From the IMG/VR virus record IMGVR_UViG_3300031998_000027, positions 52,287-116,286 of that record: a DNA stretch of 64,000 nucleotides. One strand, 5' to 3'. Position numbers and translations under genes: made by a program. This stretch comes from a virus. Lineage: Duplodnaviria; Caudoviricetes. The notes under the pieces are model-generated. The model ran no database searches, had not been told where the DNA came from, and worked only from the letters and a program-made list of their open reading frames with translations. Of this stretch, positions 21,406 through 31,940 are shown piece after piece (positions within the stretch are counted from its first letter, which is position 1; every line of letters begins with the position of its first letter).

Positions 21406-21608
21406 ACTCCACTAAATTCCATCACAATCTTGCAAACCCAAGCTTCATCTATAATTTCGCCCTTAGAAGTCTTTTTCTTATAGGTGTAGCCTGCGGCCGC
21501 AATAACATAGCCCTTCTCATCAGCTTCTTTTCTATACTGTTCGATGCATTCCTTCGCGCCCTCTTCGCTATTAGTGCGAATTTCCAGGGTTTCCTTTAAG
21601 AGTCTCAT
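21393..21608 (-). CDS. Hypothetical protein
   Basis: GGAGGAG SD, overlaps thyA stop. Confidence 0.6.
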   Translation of the reverse strand: MRLLKETLEIRTNSEEGAKECIEQYRKEADEKGYVIAAAGYTYKKKTSKGEIIDEAWVCKIVMEFSGVWEE

Positions 21609-22405
21609 TTTTCTCCTCCTTTCAACTTTTGTACTTTTTCCATTATTTTAGGAAGTTCCTCTTCCATTTGCCATTTCCAGTCTTCTTCATAATGATAAGT
21701 TAAATCTTCAAGATTAAACTTATTTATTTTATCAACATAACTTTTTAATGTTGGTATATCTTTTTCATAACAATGAAAGCTATTTGCGCGATGAGTATAG
21801 GTACCCATTTTAACACCAAGCGTATCAGCAATTCTTTTTTGCAGCATTATAAGGGCAAAGGCATTCATAAAAGTAGCTTTACAAGCATCATTAGACCTAA
21901 ACAAAACTTTACAATGAAGTTTTCCATCCCTTATAAAATACTGAATATGCTGAAGACAAGCTGGGTCATTACTATACATATCATCGCTATTATCTCTTAT
22001 ATCAATGACAGCGCGCCGTGAATCAGGATTGCGCCGAAGTTCATCAATTGCGAATTGAATTTGGTCTTTATATGGTTCATTGGGAAATCTAACCCAATTA
22101 TCAATGGGATACCTTACCATTCTATCATGGTAAGTATATTTCCAATTACCTTTATCAATTTCAAAGTCCAAAATTCCATCTAGAATTTCTTTTATATATT
22201 GCTCTAAATCTGCCGGCCCGCCAACAAAAAATTTACTAATCATTGGCTCATAAAGAGGATTATTAACTTCCATTGTCATACTAACTTCAATCTGTGAAGT
22301 ATTATAATCGGGGCAAGGAGATTGTTCTCCATAAACATATAAATCTTCTAAAGCTTTATGATAAGCTGCTGATAATGTTGAAGCTCTAACAAGACATTCT
22401 TTCAT
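21605..22405 (-). CDS. thyA: Thymidylate synthase (ThyA family, archaeal-like)
   Basis: SRRAVI, PACL catalytic Cys, FRSND, dUMP-specifying Asn (FMN), SFHCY. Confidence 0.85.
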   Translation of the reverse strand: MKECLVRASTLSAAYHKALEDLYVYGEQSPCPDYNTSQIEVSMTMEVNNPLYEPMISKFFVGGPADLEQYIKEILDGILDFEIDKGNWKYTYHDRMVRYPIDNWVRFPNEPYKDQIQFAIDELRRNPDSRRAVIDIRDNSDDMYSNDPACLQHIQYFIRDGKLHCKVLFRSNDACKATFMNAFALIMLQKRIADTLGVKMGTYTHRANSFHCYEKDIPTLKSYVDKINKFNLEDLTYHYEEDWKWQMEEELPKIMEKVQKLKGGEK

Positions 22406-22588
22406 TTATTTCTCCTTTATATAGAGTCCACAATGGCAATAACCTTCGGTCTGAGTTCTAAACTCTTTGCACATACATCTTGTATCTTCTGTTTTTTCTA
22501 GCTTACAAGGACAAAAACCATCATTTTCTTTAACCGCGCGCCGTATGCGTTCAACCTCTTTTTTATTCGGATTTAAACTAATTTTCAT
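22406..22588 (-). CDS. Ferredoxin-thioredoxin reductase catalytic-subunit-like protein
   Basis: CPC, CMC, CHC motif pattern in 60 aa. Confidence 0.75.
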   Translation of the reverse strand: MKISLNPNKKEVERIRRAVKENDGFCPCKLEKTEDTRCMCKEFRTQTEGYCHCGLYIKEK

Positions 22589-23088
22589 TAACTAATCCTC
22601 TTTGCATATTGATTATCACTTGCAAGATTTACTCCTAAAACCTCATCAAAATGAGATTCTCTATCAGGGATAAATCTTCCGTATTTAATAATGACATTCC
22701 CAAAATCTATTAAGTTTTTATATAAAACTCCCATTTTTGAGTCTGTAGAAGTGATTTCTTCCTCTGTATATCCAGTATAAATCACTATATCATCATTACA
22801 TTTATATTCATAACGAAAACAACCAATTAATGCAATTAAATCAAAAGGAGAGTCAAATGGTTCAAGTCCTGCTATTACAATCGCACTAGTGAGAGGATTA
22901 TTGATATATCTTTCACAGATTTCTTCTGGGGATATTTCAAAAGTTGGACTTTGAGCTAATTCAGAATTTTGACAAACAGGTTTGCCGCATTCTTTATCAC
23001 ACTTAAAACTACAAAAAGGAAAGGCAATATACATCGCGCACTTTTTATAGTTTACCATATCCTCATCAAGAAGACCTACTATTTTCAT
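22588..23088 (-). CDS. nrdG: Anaerobic RNR activase (radical SAM)
   Basis: CSFKC..C motif, GLEPF, KYGRF, ASDNQ; downstream of nrdD. Confidence 0.85.
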   Translation of the reverse strand: MKIVGLLDEDMVNYKKCAMYIAFPFCSFKCDKECGKPVCQNSELAQSPTFEISPEEICERYINNPLTSAIVIAGLEPFDSPFDLIALIGCFRYEYKCNDDIVIYTGYTEEEITSTDSKMGVLYKNLIDFGNVIIKYGRFIPDRESHFDEVLGVNLASDNQYAKRIS

Positions 23089-23278
23089 TTTTTAATTCTT
23101 CAACTGCCTCTCTATATCCTGCTAAACGCTCTTTTAGCAAGACATTTTTCATTTTATCATATGCTTCTGGAAATAAACTTCCTATTACAAAGGAGAAGGT
23201 TACTTCTTCTGCGCCGACTGCTTCAGATTTTTCAACTATCTTCTTTACTTGTGCGAGGGGAATAGTATACTCATCCAT
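23066..23278 (-). CDS. Hypothetical protein
   Basis: 70-aa ORF overlapping both neighbours. Confidence 0.55.
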   Translation of the reverse strand: MDEYTIPLAQVKKIVEKSEAVGAEEVTFSFVIGSLFPEAYDKMKNVLLKERLAGYREAVEELKNENSRSS

Positions 23279-23726
23279 TGACGTCCTCCCATTCTCTCAT
23301 CTTGCCTTCGGCCTTGCGTTCCTTGCCCCAAGTCTTCATTGGAGTATAGAAGCCAACAATTCTTGTATATTCAGTTGCGACCGGTTCGCCACAAATCGGA
23401 CAAGTTGTGCCAAAGAAAGCGTGATTATGCTTGCAAGCTTGAATTTTTGTATTGAATGCAAAGTATGTAAGACCTTGGTCAGCTATATAGTTTGTTAGCT
23501 TCCAAGCCTGGTTAAAGTTATTAAATGGAGCTTCAATATTAATATGCGCGATTGAGCCGCCATTACAGAAAGAATCAAATAAGGAAGCAATACGAACTCT
23601 CTCTTGCATTGTCGTCTTTATTCCAAGAGGAATAAACTGATTTCCATAAAGAGGAAGGTCATCTACAACCTTATCAGGGAAGAGAAGTGCATCAGCCTTT
23701 TGCATTTTAACTGCGGCGGTTTCACC
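23271..23726 (-). CDS. nrdD: Class III ribonucleotide reductase, exon 2
   Basis: GETAAVK.., NGGSIAHI, CPICG, glycyl-radical motif TRIVGF. Confidence 0.9.
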   Translation of the reverse strand, partial: GETAAVKMQKADALLFPDKVVDDLPLYGNQFIPLGIKTTMQERVRIASLFDSFCNGGSIAHINIEAPFNNFNQAWKLTNYIADQGLTYFAFNTKIQACKHNHAFFGTTCPICGEPVATEYTRIVGFYTPMKTWGKERKAEGKMREWEDVNG

Positions 23727-24949
23727 CAATTCTATTACTTTTATGACCAAATAAATTCTCGGCTCAGTTGAATATTATATTGGGTTAGTTCTTCTGAGTT
23801 TTCGATAAACCATTTTTTAAATTTTTGGGTATCGAAAGAGATATCATCATCATATACTATTTTATATTGATAATTATGTATTTTACAATATTGTTTTAAA
23901 CCTTCAATTTCTAATTCCCAACGAGTTTTATCTTCCCATTCTAAATGCCTCTTTGGCTTTAATTCAATAATTAACTCATTGTTAATTAAAATATCTGGTG
24001 TATAATGATGATTATTAGAAAGTTTAATTTGAAATGGTTCTACAGTATAATTTAAAACAGTATCATCTTTCTCTAGTAAAATTAGATAATTTAATTCTAA
24101 AAGACTTCTAAAAAAGAAGTTTTTTTCATTTTTAGGAGAATAAAAATAACCACTATAACCTCTGCCAGTATTACTTTCTTTATAACACCCTCGCGCCCAG
24201 GCAGCAGAGAGTTTTTCTCTTGTTTCTTTTGAAACTTCATGAGTTGAATAATATTGCTTCAATCCAACTGAGATTTTTTCTTTTATTTCTGGAGTTCTTT
24301 CATATGGAGGGATTTTTCTTCCTCGGCTTTTTTCTCCAATATGTTTTTTTCTTTCTTCTGAAAACTCCCTTCCAAAAGAAGAATTGCGTCGTCCAGCATG
24401 AGAATTGGTATTTATTCCTAGATTTATAAGGTGCTTTCTAGTAGTTGCATAAACCATACCAAATAAAGAAGCAATTTCTCCAATTAAGAGATTGTAATCA
24501 TTCCATAAAATCGGAAAAACAGATTCATCTTTTTCCTTTATTTTTTTTATTAATTCAATATCAGTAATAATCAAAACTGGTTTTGGGTTATTAATAATTC
24601 GTATTTCATTATCGGTTATAATAGTTTCTCCTATAACTTTTCCTGAACTATTCTTAATTTCCATTTCAATAAAACTCTCCTTATTTATTTGGCGGAAACG
24701 GTTCTTCTTTAAGTGGTCTGGTTACCTCTGACCGTTTCTCTCACCCTTCTATATATAAGTGAGTTTAGACTATCGCATCTCCAATAAAATAAGTCAATTT
24801 GGAGGTTCCACATTTAGTCGTTCACGCTACCTTTACGCTTGCGCCTTGTTATCCATAATCCCGCAATTATGGAACTCCAAGTCAATTAGTGGAACTTTTA
24901 TTTTCGCAGTTTATCTGACTTCTTATGCTGCGATTCCCCAGTGATGTTT
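23727..24949 (-). mobile_element. Group I intron in nrdD (1223 nt) with endonuclease ORF
   Basis: 5' exon ends in U (ATCCCT) pairing with intron GGGGA (P1); P7 elements GAACGACTA / GATAGTC; terminal G at 23727; splicing restores EQIP/GETAAVK in frame. Confidence 0.9.
23741..24664 (-). CDS. Intron-encoded homing endonuclease (NUMOD3-like repeats plus TnsA-N-like PD-(D/E)XK domain)
   Basis: NSSFGREFSEERKKHIG and HEVSKETREKLS repeats; FRSLLE..EPF.I..YTPD..IIELKP. Confidence 0.75.
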   Translation of the reverse strand: MEIKNSSGKVIGETIITDNEIRIINNPKPVLIITDIELIKKIKEKDESVFPILWNDYNLLIGEIASLFGMVYATTRKHLINLGINTNSHAGRRNSSFGREFSEERKKHIGEKSRGRKIPPYERTPEIKEKISVGLKQYYSTHEVSKETREKLSAAWARGCYKESNTGRGYSGYFYSPKNEKNFFFRSLLELNYLILLEKDDTVLNYTVEPFQIKLSNNHHYTPDILINNELIIELKPKRHLEWEDKTRWELEIEGLKQYCKIHNYQYKIVYDDDISFDTQKFKKWFIENSEELTQYNIQLSREFIWS

Positions 24950-26413
24950 AGGGATTTGTTCGCAATTTATCTTATAGTCTTTATCAAGCGCGAATTGGTC
25001 TTTGGTTCGATGAATAACCTCAAAAATCTTTTTCCCAAAATGGTCAGCGGCTTCTGTATAGAAGGTATTACCAAACTCATCTTGACGAGTATATCCAAAG
25101 CTTTTCATTGTTTCGTAAATTCCGATGAAGCCGATTGTATTGTAAAGATGTTCAAAGTCGACTAAACCTTTAGAGAAATTAGGAAGAAGTCCTTTCTCAA
25201 CATTGCGCCGGATTATGTGGCGCACAACATCAAGAACCTTACAATCTAATTCAACTAAATCACGAAGCGCAACTAAATATTCCTGCTCTGTATTATATTG
25301 AAGAGCGAGTCGCGCCAAGTTCACAGTAGAAACCTTAACAGAACCAACTTTCAGCGCCGTACCACCTATAGAGTTAAAGTAACCGAGGTCATCTATATTA
25401 GACTTAAGGCGGCAGCAGTTAGAAAGACTTGTAACATTATCATCAATAAAGAGATTTGAGTCACACCATTTCATGTTGTGCTGGATGCCCCAACGCGCGA
25501 ATTCTTCATCCTCAAACTTTCCATCTTTGCGGAGAAGAGATATTGTTAAGACGGGGAATGTAAACATATTATGAGAACGAATTTCAGAAACCTTTTCCAT
25601 AAAAATCTTTTGGAATTGACAAATCCCATCAATTTCATCTATCATAAAGGTTCCATCTGGAAATTCAGAACCACCAAACAAAGCTTCAAGATACGGATGG
25701 TCAAAAACACTTACATTTGTAAAAGCACTCTGCATACCATCACGCACATAGGGCTGATTGACTGCATAAATAAAACGCTGAATTTGCTGTGCGGCATAAT
25801 ACTCAGGCGACTTCGTCGCATAACCTGTTTCACAATCTTTTTTCCAGAAGTAATACATATAGGGGATTAAATTTGGGAGTCCAACCGCACCAGAACTGCG
25901 ATTACTAGCAAAGCTAATATATTCCTTTACAAAATCAACAAAAGTTGAAAGATGTTTAGGAGGTTCGGCATTAAAGGTTTCAAGGAAGAAAAGACCTTTT
26001 TCTGCTAAATCTTTAAGGTCATAAGCAAAGCAATAATGGACATAGGTAGAAGTGTCTGCATCGTGCATATAAAGTGCTTTAGACCACTCTGCGGCGAGCC
26101 ATTCATTTGCAATCTTAAAACCATATTTTTTATTAAGTTCATAATAAATCTTATTGAAAGCGAGAAGTTTACGATGAGACTTAGGCATCTCATTCATAAG
26201 TGTCCTCATATCTTTGTTACCAACATTTGCATTTCCATCTATAGAAGCATCCGCAACAGTCTCGCTATCAATAAAATTATCGATAAAGTCAGTAAAACTA
26301 AGCTGTTCATCTGCAAAACCGTTTAGGCGCGAAAACTCTTCACCATATTCAGCTTGCATTTTATTAAACTGCGTAGTAAAATTCTTATTTAATCTAATAT
26401 TAATACTTGCCAT
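24950..26413 (-). CDS. nrdD: Class III ribonucleotide reductase, exon 1
   Basis: YMHD..YCFAY, SGAVG, QSAFTN, TFPVLT, SNCCRL, TIGFIG; no ATP-cone. Confidence 0.92.
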
Positions 26414-26415
26414 CT

Positions 26416-26622
26416 TTAGACCTCTTGTGCGTTAACCCATTTTATAGCATCAACAGAAGAATATTTCTGTCCATCAACAACAAGTATTGGAGTTTCTTTA
26501 TACCCAAGAGCAATCATTTCATTTATATCATCATGCTCAATATAGGTAATATTCTTTGCCGCAAGCTTCTTCTCAAGGACTCTACACTTGGGGCAATGAG
26601 TGGTATATAAGTCAATTGTCAT
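26416..26622 (-). CDS. Glutaredoxin-like NrdH
   Basis: CPKC active site and TPILVVDG. Confidence 0.85.
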   Translation of the reverse strand: MTIDLYTTHCPKCRVLEKKLAAKNITYIEHDDINEMIALGYKETPILVVDGQKYSSVDAIKWVNAQEV

Positions 26623-26813
26623 TTTTCTTCCCCCTTATAACAATATATACAATAACCATCTTCGAAAACATGGCTACATTGACGTTGAAGCTCTTCATTT
26701 TCCTTTAAAAGAGCAACAACAGGATTATTAAGAGTAAACTTACTAGGAGAAAGAAGACTCTCAATTAACATATTGTTTGCATCAATTTTATCTCTGATTT
26801 CATTACCTGACAA
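26619..26813 (-). CDS. Small Zn-finger protein
   Basis: AAGGAGG SD before TTG 26813; CSH..CIYC. Confidence 0.55.
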   Translation of the reverse strand: MSGNEIRDKIDANNMLIESLLSPSKFTLNNPVVALLKENEELQRQCSHVFEDGYCIYCYKGEEK

Positions 26814-27915
26814 CTTGTAATTCGCCTCCTTTGAAGACTGCACTGCTTGCTTCATAAAACATTGAAAATAGGTTTGGATAGTTTTTTTGTGCATAAGAAA
26901 AAACTTCTATTGCTTCCGGCCGAGTTATAATTTCTTTATGGTATTGCGACTTTTCTCTTAATTCTTTTACAAAAAAGAAAAGAGAAGTGGGTTTTGGCAA
27001 GATTGTTGACCTACCATAAGCCGTAAACAAATTGAACATTTTTTTGATTTCATCTGGAACTTGAAAACTATCGTTATAAGTAAGTAAAAATTGTTTTTGA
27101 TTTATATATAAAAATAAGACTTGAGTAAAAATTTTTATTAAGTCAGACTCTAAAAAATCGTTCTGTGCGTATGATGCAGGGAGAGGATTATAAATTATAT
27201 CTTTCGCGCGACTAAGCTTAATTCGTTGTATGACTTCATTAATTTCTTCATCTGTAAAAAGTCCATTATATTGAAGTTTTAAGTTCACTGAGCTAAAAGT
27301 AAAATTTAACCATTTTTGAAATGCATCAAAATCAAAACAACTAATTGGAAACTTTGAACATAAGCTTGTTTGTATTGATAGTTTATATTTATCAATTATT
27401 TCTTGGATTGTTTCCGCGGCATTACCAATATTATTTAAGTTATAATCGTGTAAGAAGAAAACTCGTCCTTTTGTATTATGAGGAATTTGTCGTTCAAAAT
27501 TTTCCCATATATTCTTTCCATCTAAAGATAAACGAAAATGGATTCCACGAGTTAAGGTTTTAAAAGAGGCCATATTTTGCGCGAGGTTGTCAACAAAAAG
27601 ATTTTTATATTTGTTATAAATAGACGTATCTGGCGCGCACTGCTCAGCCTCTTCTTTCATCGGCGCATAGCGATTATTTGTAAAAGCAAGGCCGCCATAT
27701 GAAAGATTATCATATTTAGTAATATCTAAGGGAAACTCTCCGTCATTATAATCTTTGCGGTAATAAAAGTGGGTATATCGCTCGGGCGTGAAAGAAGGAG
27801 CCATTACTGTAATCTCCTTCTTTCTTTTGAAATAGGTTGAAAGCTTCATTATTTCGAGATTAAAGATTGTTTGATGATATTTGAAGAAGTCTGCATCATA
27901 TAATCCAACAGACAT
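26803..27915 (-). CDS. Degenerate radical-SAM-like protein
   Basis: VGLYDAD..NLEIMKLSTY N-terminus typical of phage radical SAM proteins; LTRG present but CxxxCxxC absent. Confidence 0.5.
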   Translation of the reverse strand: MSVGLYDADFFKYHQTIFNLEIMKLSTYFKRKKEITVMAPSFTPERYTHFYYRKDYNDGEFPLDITKYDNLSYGGLAFTNNRYAPMKEEAEQCAPDTSIYNKYKNLFVDNLAQNMASFKTLTRGIHFRLSLDGKNIWENFERQIPHNTKGRVFFLHDYNLNNIGNAAETIQEIIDKYKLSIQTSLCSKFPISCFDFDAFQKWLNFTFSSVNLKLQYNGLFTDEEINEVIQRIKLSRAKDIIYNPLPASYAQNDFLESDLIKIFTQVLFLYINQKQFLLTYNDSFQVPDEIKKMFNLFTAYGRSTILPKPTSLFFFVKELREKSQYHKEIITRPEAIEVFSYAQKNYPNLFSMFYEASSAVFKGGELQVVR

Positions 27916-30900
27916 TATTCTTCATCTCCTGCGCGGGCGCCTGCTGTTTTTATCTTACCATCTTCACTAATTTCTGTTATTAGTTCAACAAGATGATATG
28001 GAGTGCGCGCATATTTCTTTGCTTGGAAAGAATCTTCGCGCCGAATACCCGTTACAATAATTTTGTTTCCTCTTGATAACCAAGATTTTTCTGTAACGTG
28101 TTTCTTACCATCAGCTCCACGCTCACTAAGTTGCTTATCATAATGAGAATAAACCTGTCCAAAAATCTTTACCGTTACAACACCGCTCTTTGTAAGAAGT
28201 GTTACACTCTTTTTAGCTTTGTCCTTATCCAAAACCGTACCCATAATTCTCTCTATCTTAAAGAGAGGAACTTTTTTACCTTTTATCATTATAATTCTAT
28301 CAACCTCAGGTTCTTCGGGCAATTCAAAGAAATCACTTAATCCATATTCTCTTTCTTTAACTCGCGCGAGTTCATGTTCGTGTGAATAAAAAGAGACAGA
28401 ATCCATTTCCCATTTACTCAAAGACCCAAGGCAATATTTATCCCAAGTATCGCTCATTAAGCGCCAGTTAATTGCTTTAAGAAGTTCGTCGTGATGCGCC
28501 TTTACATAAGGACGAACCTTATCCATATGCTTCTTATAAATATTATCCCAAGAAGATTGTTTAATGCGAAAGCCGCCGTCAGCGCTTTCTAACAAATCCA
28601 TGTCAAAGTTTGCTTCATAGAATGGAAAACTATTTTCATCTAAATAATAATAAGTTTCATCTTTGAATTTCTTTAGATATTTATTGAAGTTAAAAACCTT
28701 ACATTCAAAACTTAATTCTTCTGGCAATAACTCAAAGTCAATCAGCATTTTCATATTTTGAAGAGTTACTCGTTTCTTCTGGTCACTAATACTTTCAACA
28801 TAGCGCCGCATAACTTCAACCCTATCACCTAAGAAATCAAATGCGCCAGACTTTATAAGATTAATGACTTGTGGCTTAGTAATTTTAACTTTTGAAGTTA
28901 AATCTTCAATTGAATTATATGGACGATTTGACAAAATTGCTTTGACTAAATCTTCGCCAATTTTACTTATACCACTAAGTCCATAACGAATTGTATTGTG
29001 AGTTACATCTGGAGAAAAAGTATAAGTTGACTCATTTATATCAGGTGGCGCGACTTCAATACCTGCCATTCTCATCTTTCCAATTGCTGTGGCTATCTTT
29101 CCATAGTTTGTACTTTTGACTTTTTTCTTTTTCTTTCCATTTTTAAGTACAACTACTTCTGCTGGATAACCATCACAATCTTCTTCTTCGTAAGAATCCT
29201 CTATATCTTCTTCTGAGTCATCTTCTCCGAACTCTTCCATTTCGTTATAATAATTTTGTTCGTCCGCACAAGAAATTCCTAATTCTTCTAAATCTTCGCC
29301 GTTCGGCTCATTTTCTGCGCCGCCGCTATCGCTTATTAAACAAGCGCAATTCCAAAAGATTATGGGATATTTGAAAGCTAAGTTCATTTCTTGAAGCCCA
29401 ATTAGACTATATGCGAGCGTATGAGATGCATTAAATCCATATCCACGACTCGTTGCAACCAACACATTCCAAACATATTTACAGAGTTTCTGACTTAAGC
29501 CTTTTTCTTTTACATTTTCAAAGTACTCTTTTGTAAGCTGTTCATATTCAGCGGGGTTTTTCTTCGCAATTGATTTACGGAGTCTATCTGCCCAAGTCAG
29601 GTCAAAACCACCACACTCAGGTATTTGAACAAGTTGCATAAACTTCTCCTGAGACTCACAAATTCCATAAGAGGACAAAAGAATCGGCTCAAGAACTTTT
29701 TGCTCTGCGCGCGTTAATCCATAAGCATTCATTTCATCATACCATTGATTAATGTTTGCTTTGAAGCGCGCGAACTTATTGAGAGGTTGTTCTGCACCTT
29801 TTTCTTGCGCCATTAGACGAATAACAGAATTAAGAGTCGCAAGGTCATCAACAGAAGATGGCTTAGAAAGCGCAATTCCTTGGATACCACTTTGCTTTTC
29901 CATTTGGAACAGACTGAAGATTTCATGGTTCCAAACCATTTCCCACATCTTTGGGTCATCACGTTCTAGATTATAGACACCAATAACACTTTCATAAGTT
30001 TCTTTAAGAGTTGGCTTGCGCTCAACAAAACCCGCATCACAAAGTAAATCAAGACAAATATGAATTTTATCCATCGCTTCTACCGACAGCGCATCATATT
30101 TGATAAGACTTACATCTTCGCAATCATGAAGGTCAAAAGAAGTTATAATCGTATCATCCGGCGCCCGCATCAAAGAGGTTGAGTTTGTAAAAGGTTCATC
30201 AACAAAGATAACTCCACCAGCATGCTGGCCCAACCTATTTACAAGTCCTTCAATCTTATGCGCGACTTGCCAAAGTTCTGGATAGTTTTCAGTCATCTCA
30301 ATTACGAATTGCTTAATTGGGTCAAATCCAGACTCTTCATCACCATACATACATTGGTCAAGAGTTCGAGTCATTCCGCGGTCAGCTGGAATAAGACTTG
30401 CAATATAAGAAGCTGTATCAACATCAATCCCAAGACCTCTTGCCGCAGTTAAAATTGCTGATTTAGATTTCTCAGTTCCAAAGGTTGCGACATTTGAAAC
30501 TCTGTCATCACCATAAACTTCTCTAAACTTTGAGAGAACTGTCGCGCGCCGGCTACCCTCAATATCAAAGTCAACATCAAGTACACTAACTCGCGCTGGA
30601 TTCAAAAATCTCCAAGCAAAAGTCGGCGTCGTTTCACGAAGTGGATTAATCTGAGTTATACCAAGAAGATAAAGAAGAATAAAACCAACACCAGAACCGC
30701 GACCAGGCCCAACAAGACTTCCTGCATCCCAACACACATCAATAATTTTTTGAAGATTGAGATAATATGCGCTCCAATGGGTTTTGTTGACTTCCGATGA
30801 AACCTTTGTCATTTCAAGACATTCATTTATTGCACTATATGTCTTTTCATTTTGAAGAGTTTCATCATCCTTAATTCGCTCAATTATGAGTTCAGAAAGA

Positions 30901-31922
30901 AGTTTATCTCCTTCATAATCAGATATATAGAACTCAAATAACTGAGGAATGAGTTTAAACCATTTGTCTTTATCCGACGTCGACAGCGCCGGCGCCTTCT
31001 TCCAAGTTAATTCAGGTATCTTTAATGGTTTGAGAAGTGAATAGTTTTCACACATTTCTCCAACCTTTAAGATATTTTGATAACCAACTTCAATTTCTTC
31101 TTTTGTTAAGTCTTTTTTGAGATAAGACTCAATTTCTTCCGTTGACATCATATAAGTTGTCGCATAGAAACTATCAACTTCACGATCACCATCTTGGGAG
31201 TTAAGGAAGGCTTTATGAATTGGCGCGTCTTCTTTTTTAAGATAATGGCTATCTGTCGTTATAATGTAGGGGATATTATATTCTTTACTTAATTGAACTA
31301 ACCTTCGATTAACAAAAGATTGTTCAGTTGAAGCGGAAGGCTGAAGCTCAAAGAAGAAATTCCCGTGACCAAACAAATTATCCATTTGTTTAATCCAAAT
31401 ATCAATCTTTTCCATTAAACTTGGGTTAGACTGCGCCCGAATAAGCTGTGTCGGAAGTGCGCCGCCAAGACAGGCTGTGCTTCCAATTACATGGCCAGGA
31501 TTTTCACCAATTATATCAAAGAGGTCTTGATAATAAGTTGGAACTCTACGCATACCGCGCGCCATGTAAGACCTACGCCATGCCCTGGTTGATATTTCTC
31601 TAAGTTGCTGATGACCTATTGTATCTTTCGCAAGAAGAATAAAGTGATAATAACGGTCAACCTCTCTGTTATAATTGTCTGCATTAAGACCATTACGACA
31701 AAGATAGATTTCATTTCCTCTAATAACCTTAAGGTCAGGATATTTCTTTGCTATCTTTTCAACTTTAATATGATTACTTATACATTCGTGGTCTGTTATG
31801 GCGACTACTTTATGACCGAGTTCTGCCGCATATTTAATGAGGTCTTCAGTCTTTATAATGCAATCGCGCAATCTTATATTACTATAATCGGTGTGGTTAT
31901 GGAGCGAACCACTATATTCCAT
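27915..31922 (-). CDS. dnaE: DNA polymerase III alpha subunit
   Basis: PHP (LHNHTDYS, AITDH, DSHY), GPGRGS, LDVDFD, QHAGG, KYDAL, GYGFNASH, OB fold. Confidence 0.96.
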   Translation of the reverse strand: MEYSGSLHNHTDYSNIRLRDCIIKTEDLIKYAAELGHKVVAITDHECISNHIKVEKIAKKYPDLKVIRGNEIYLCRNGLNADNYNREVDRYYHFILLAKDTIGHQQLREISTRAWRRSYMARGMRRVPTYYQDLFDIIGENPGHVIGSTACLGGALPTQLIRAQSNPSLMEKIDIWIKQMDNLFGHGNFFFELQPSASTEQSFVNRRLVQLSKEYNIPYIITTDSHYLKKEDAPIHKAFLNSQDGDREVDSFYATTYMMSTEEIESYLKKDLTKEEIEVGYQNILKVGEMCENYSLLKPLKIPELTWKKAPALSTSDKDKWFKLIPQLFEFYISDYEGDKLLSELIIERIKDDETLQNEKTYSAINECLEMTKVSSEVNKTHWSAYYLNLQKIIDVCWDAGSLVGPGRGSGVGFILLYLLGITQINPLRETTPTFAWRFLNPARVSVLDVDFDIEGSRRATVLSKFREVYGDDRVSNVATFGTEKSKSAILTAARGLGIDVDTASYIASLIPADRGMTRTLDQCMYGDEESGFDPIKQFVIEMTENYPELWQVAHKIEGLVNRLGQHAGGVIFVDEPFTNSTSLMRAPDDTIITSFDLHDCEDVSLIKYDALSVEAMDKIHICLDLLCDAGFVERKPTLKETYESVIGVYNLERDDPKMWEMVWNHEIFSLFQMEKQSGIQGIALSKPSSVDDLATLNSVIRLMAQEKGAEQPLNKFARFKANINQWYDEMNAYGLTRAEQKVLEPILLSSYGICESQEKFMQLVQIPECGGFDLTWADRLRKSIAKKNPAEYEQLTKEYFENVKEKGLSQKLCKYVWNVLVATSRGYGFNASHTLAYSLIGLQEMNLAFKYPIIFWNCACLISDSGGAENEPNGEDLEELGISCADEQNYYNEMEEFGEDDSEEDIEDSYEEEDCDGYPAEVVVLKNGKKKKKVKSTNYGKIATAIGKMRMAGIEVAPPDINESTYTFSPDVTHNTIRYGLSGISKIGEDLVKAILSNRPYNSIEDLTSKVKITKPQVINLIKSGAFDFLGDRVEVMRRYVESISDQKKRVTLQNMKMLIDFELLPEELSFECKVFNFNKYLKKFKDETYYYLDENSFPFYEANFDMDLLESADGGFRIKQSSWDNIYKKHMDKVRPYVKAHHDELLKAINWRLMSDTWDKYCLGSLSKWEMDSVSFYSHEHELARVKEREYGLSDFFELPEEPEVDRIIMIKGKKVPLFKIERIMGTVLDKDKAKKSVTLLTKSGVVTVKIFGQVYSHYDKQLSERGADGKKHVTEKSWLSRGNKIIVTGIRREDSFQAKKYARTPYHLVELITEISEDGKIKTAGARAGDEE

Positions 31923-31940
31923 TTAATCACTTCCTTTCCA

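Noticed and set aside
21605-22405. dCMP hydroxymethylase (modified-base pathway)
   Set aside because: Has the Asn typical of dUMP-specific enzymes and no glycosyltransferase-type partners in the window; a dUMP hydroxymethylase cannot be fully excluded
23271-26413. nrdD as a broken pseudogene or two genes
   Set aside because: Group I splice sites restore a continuous reading frame
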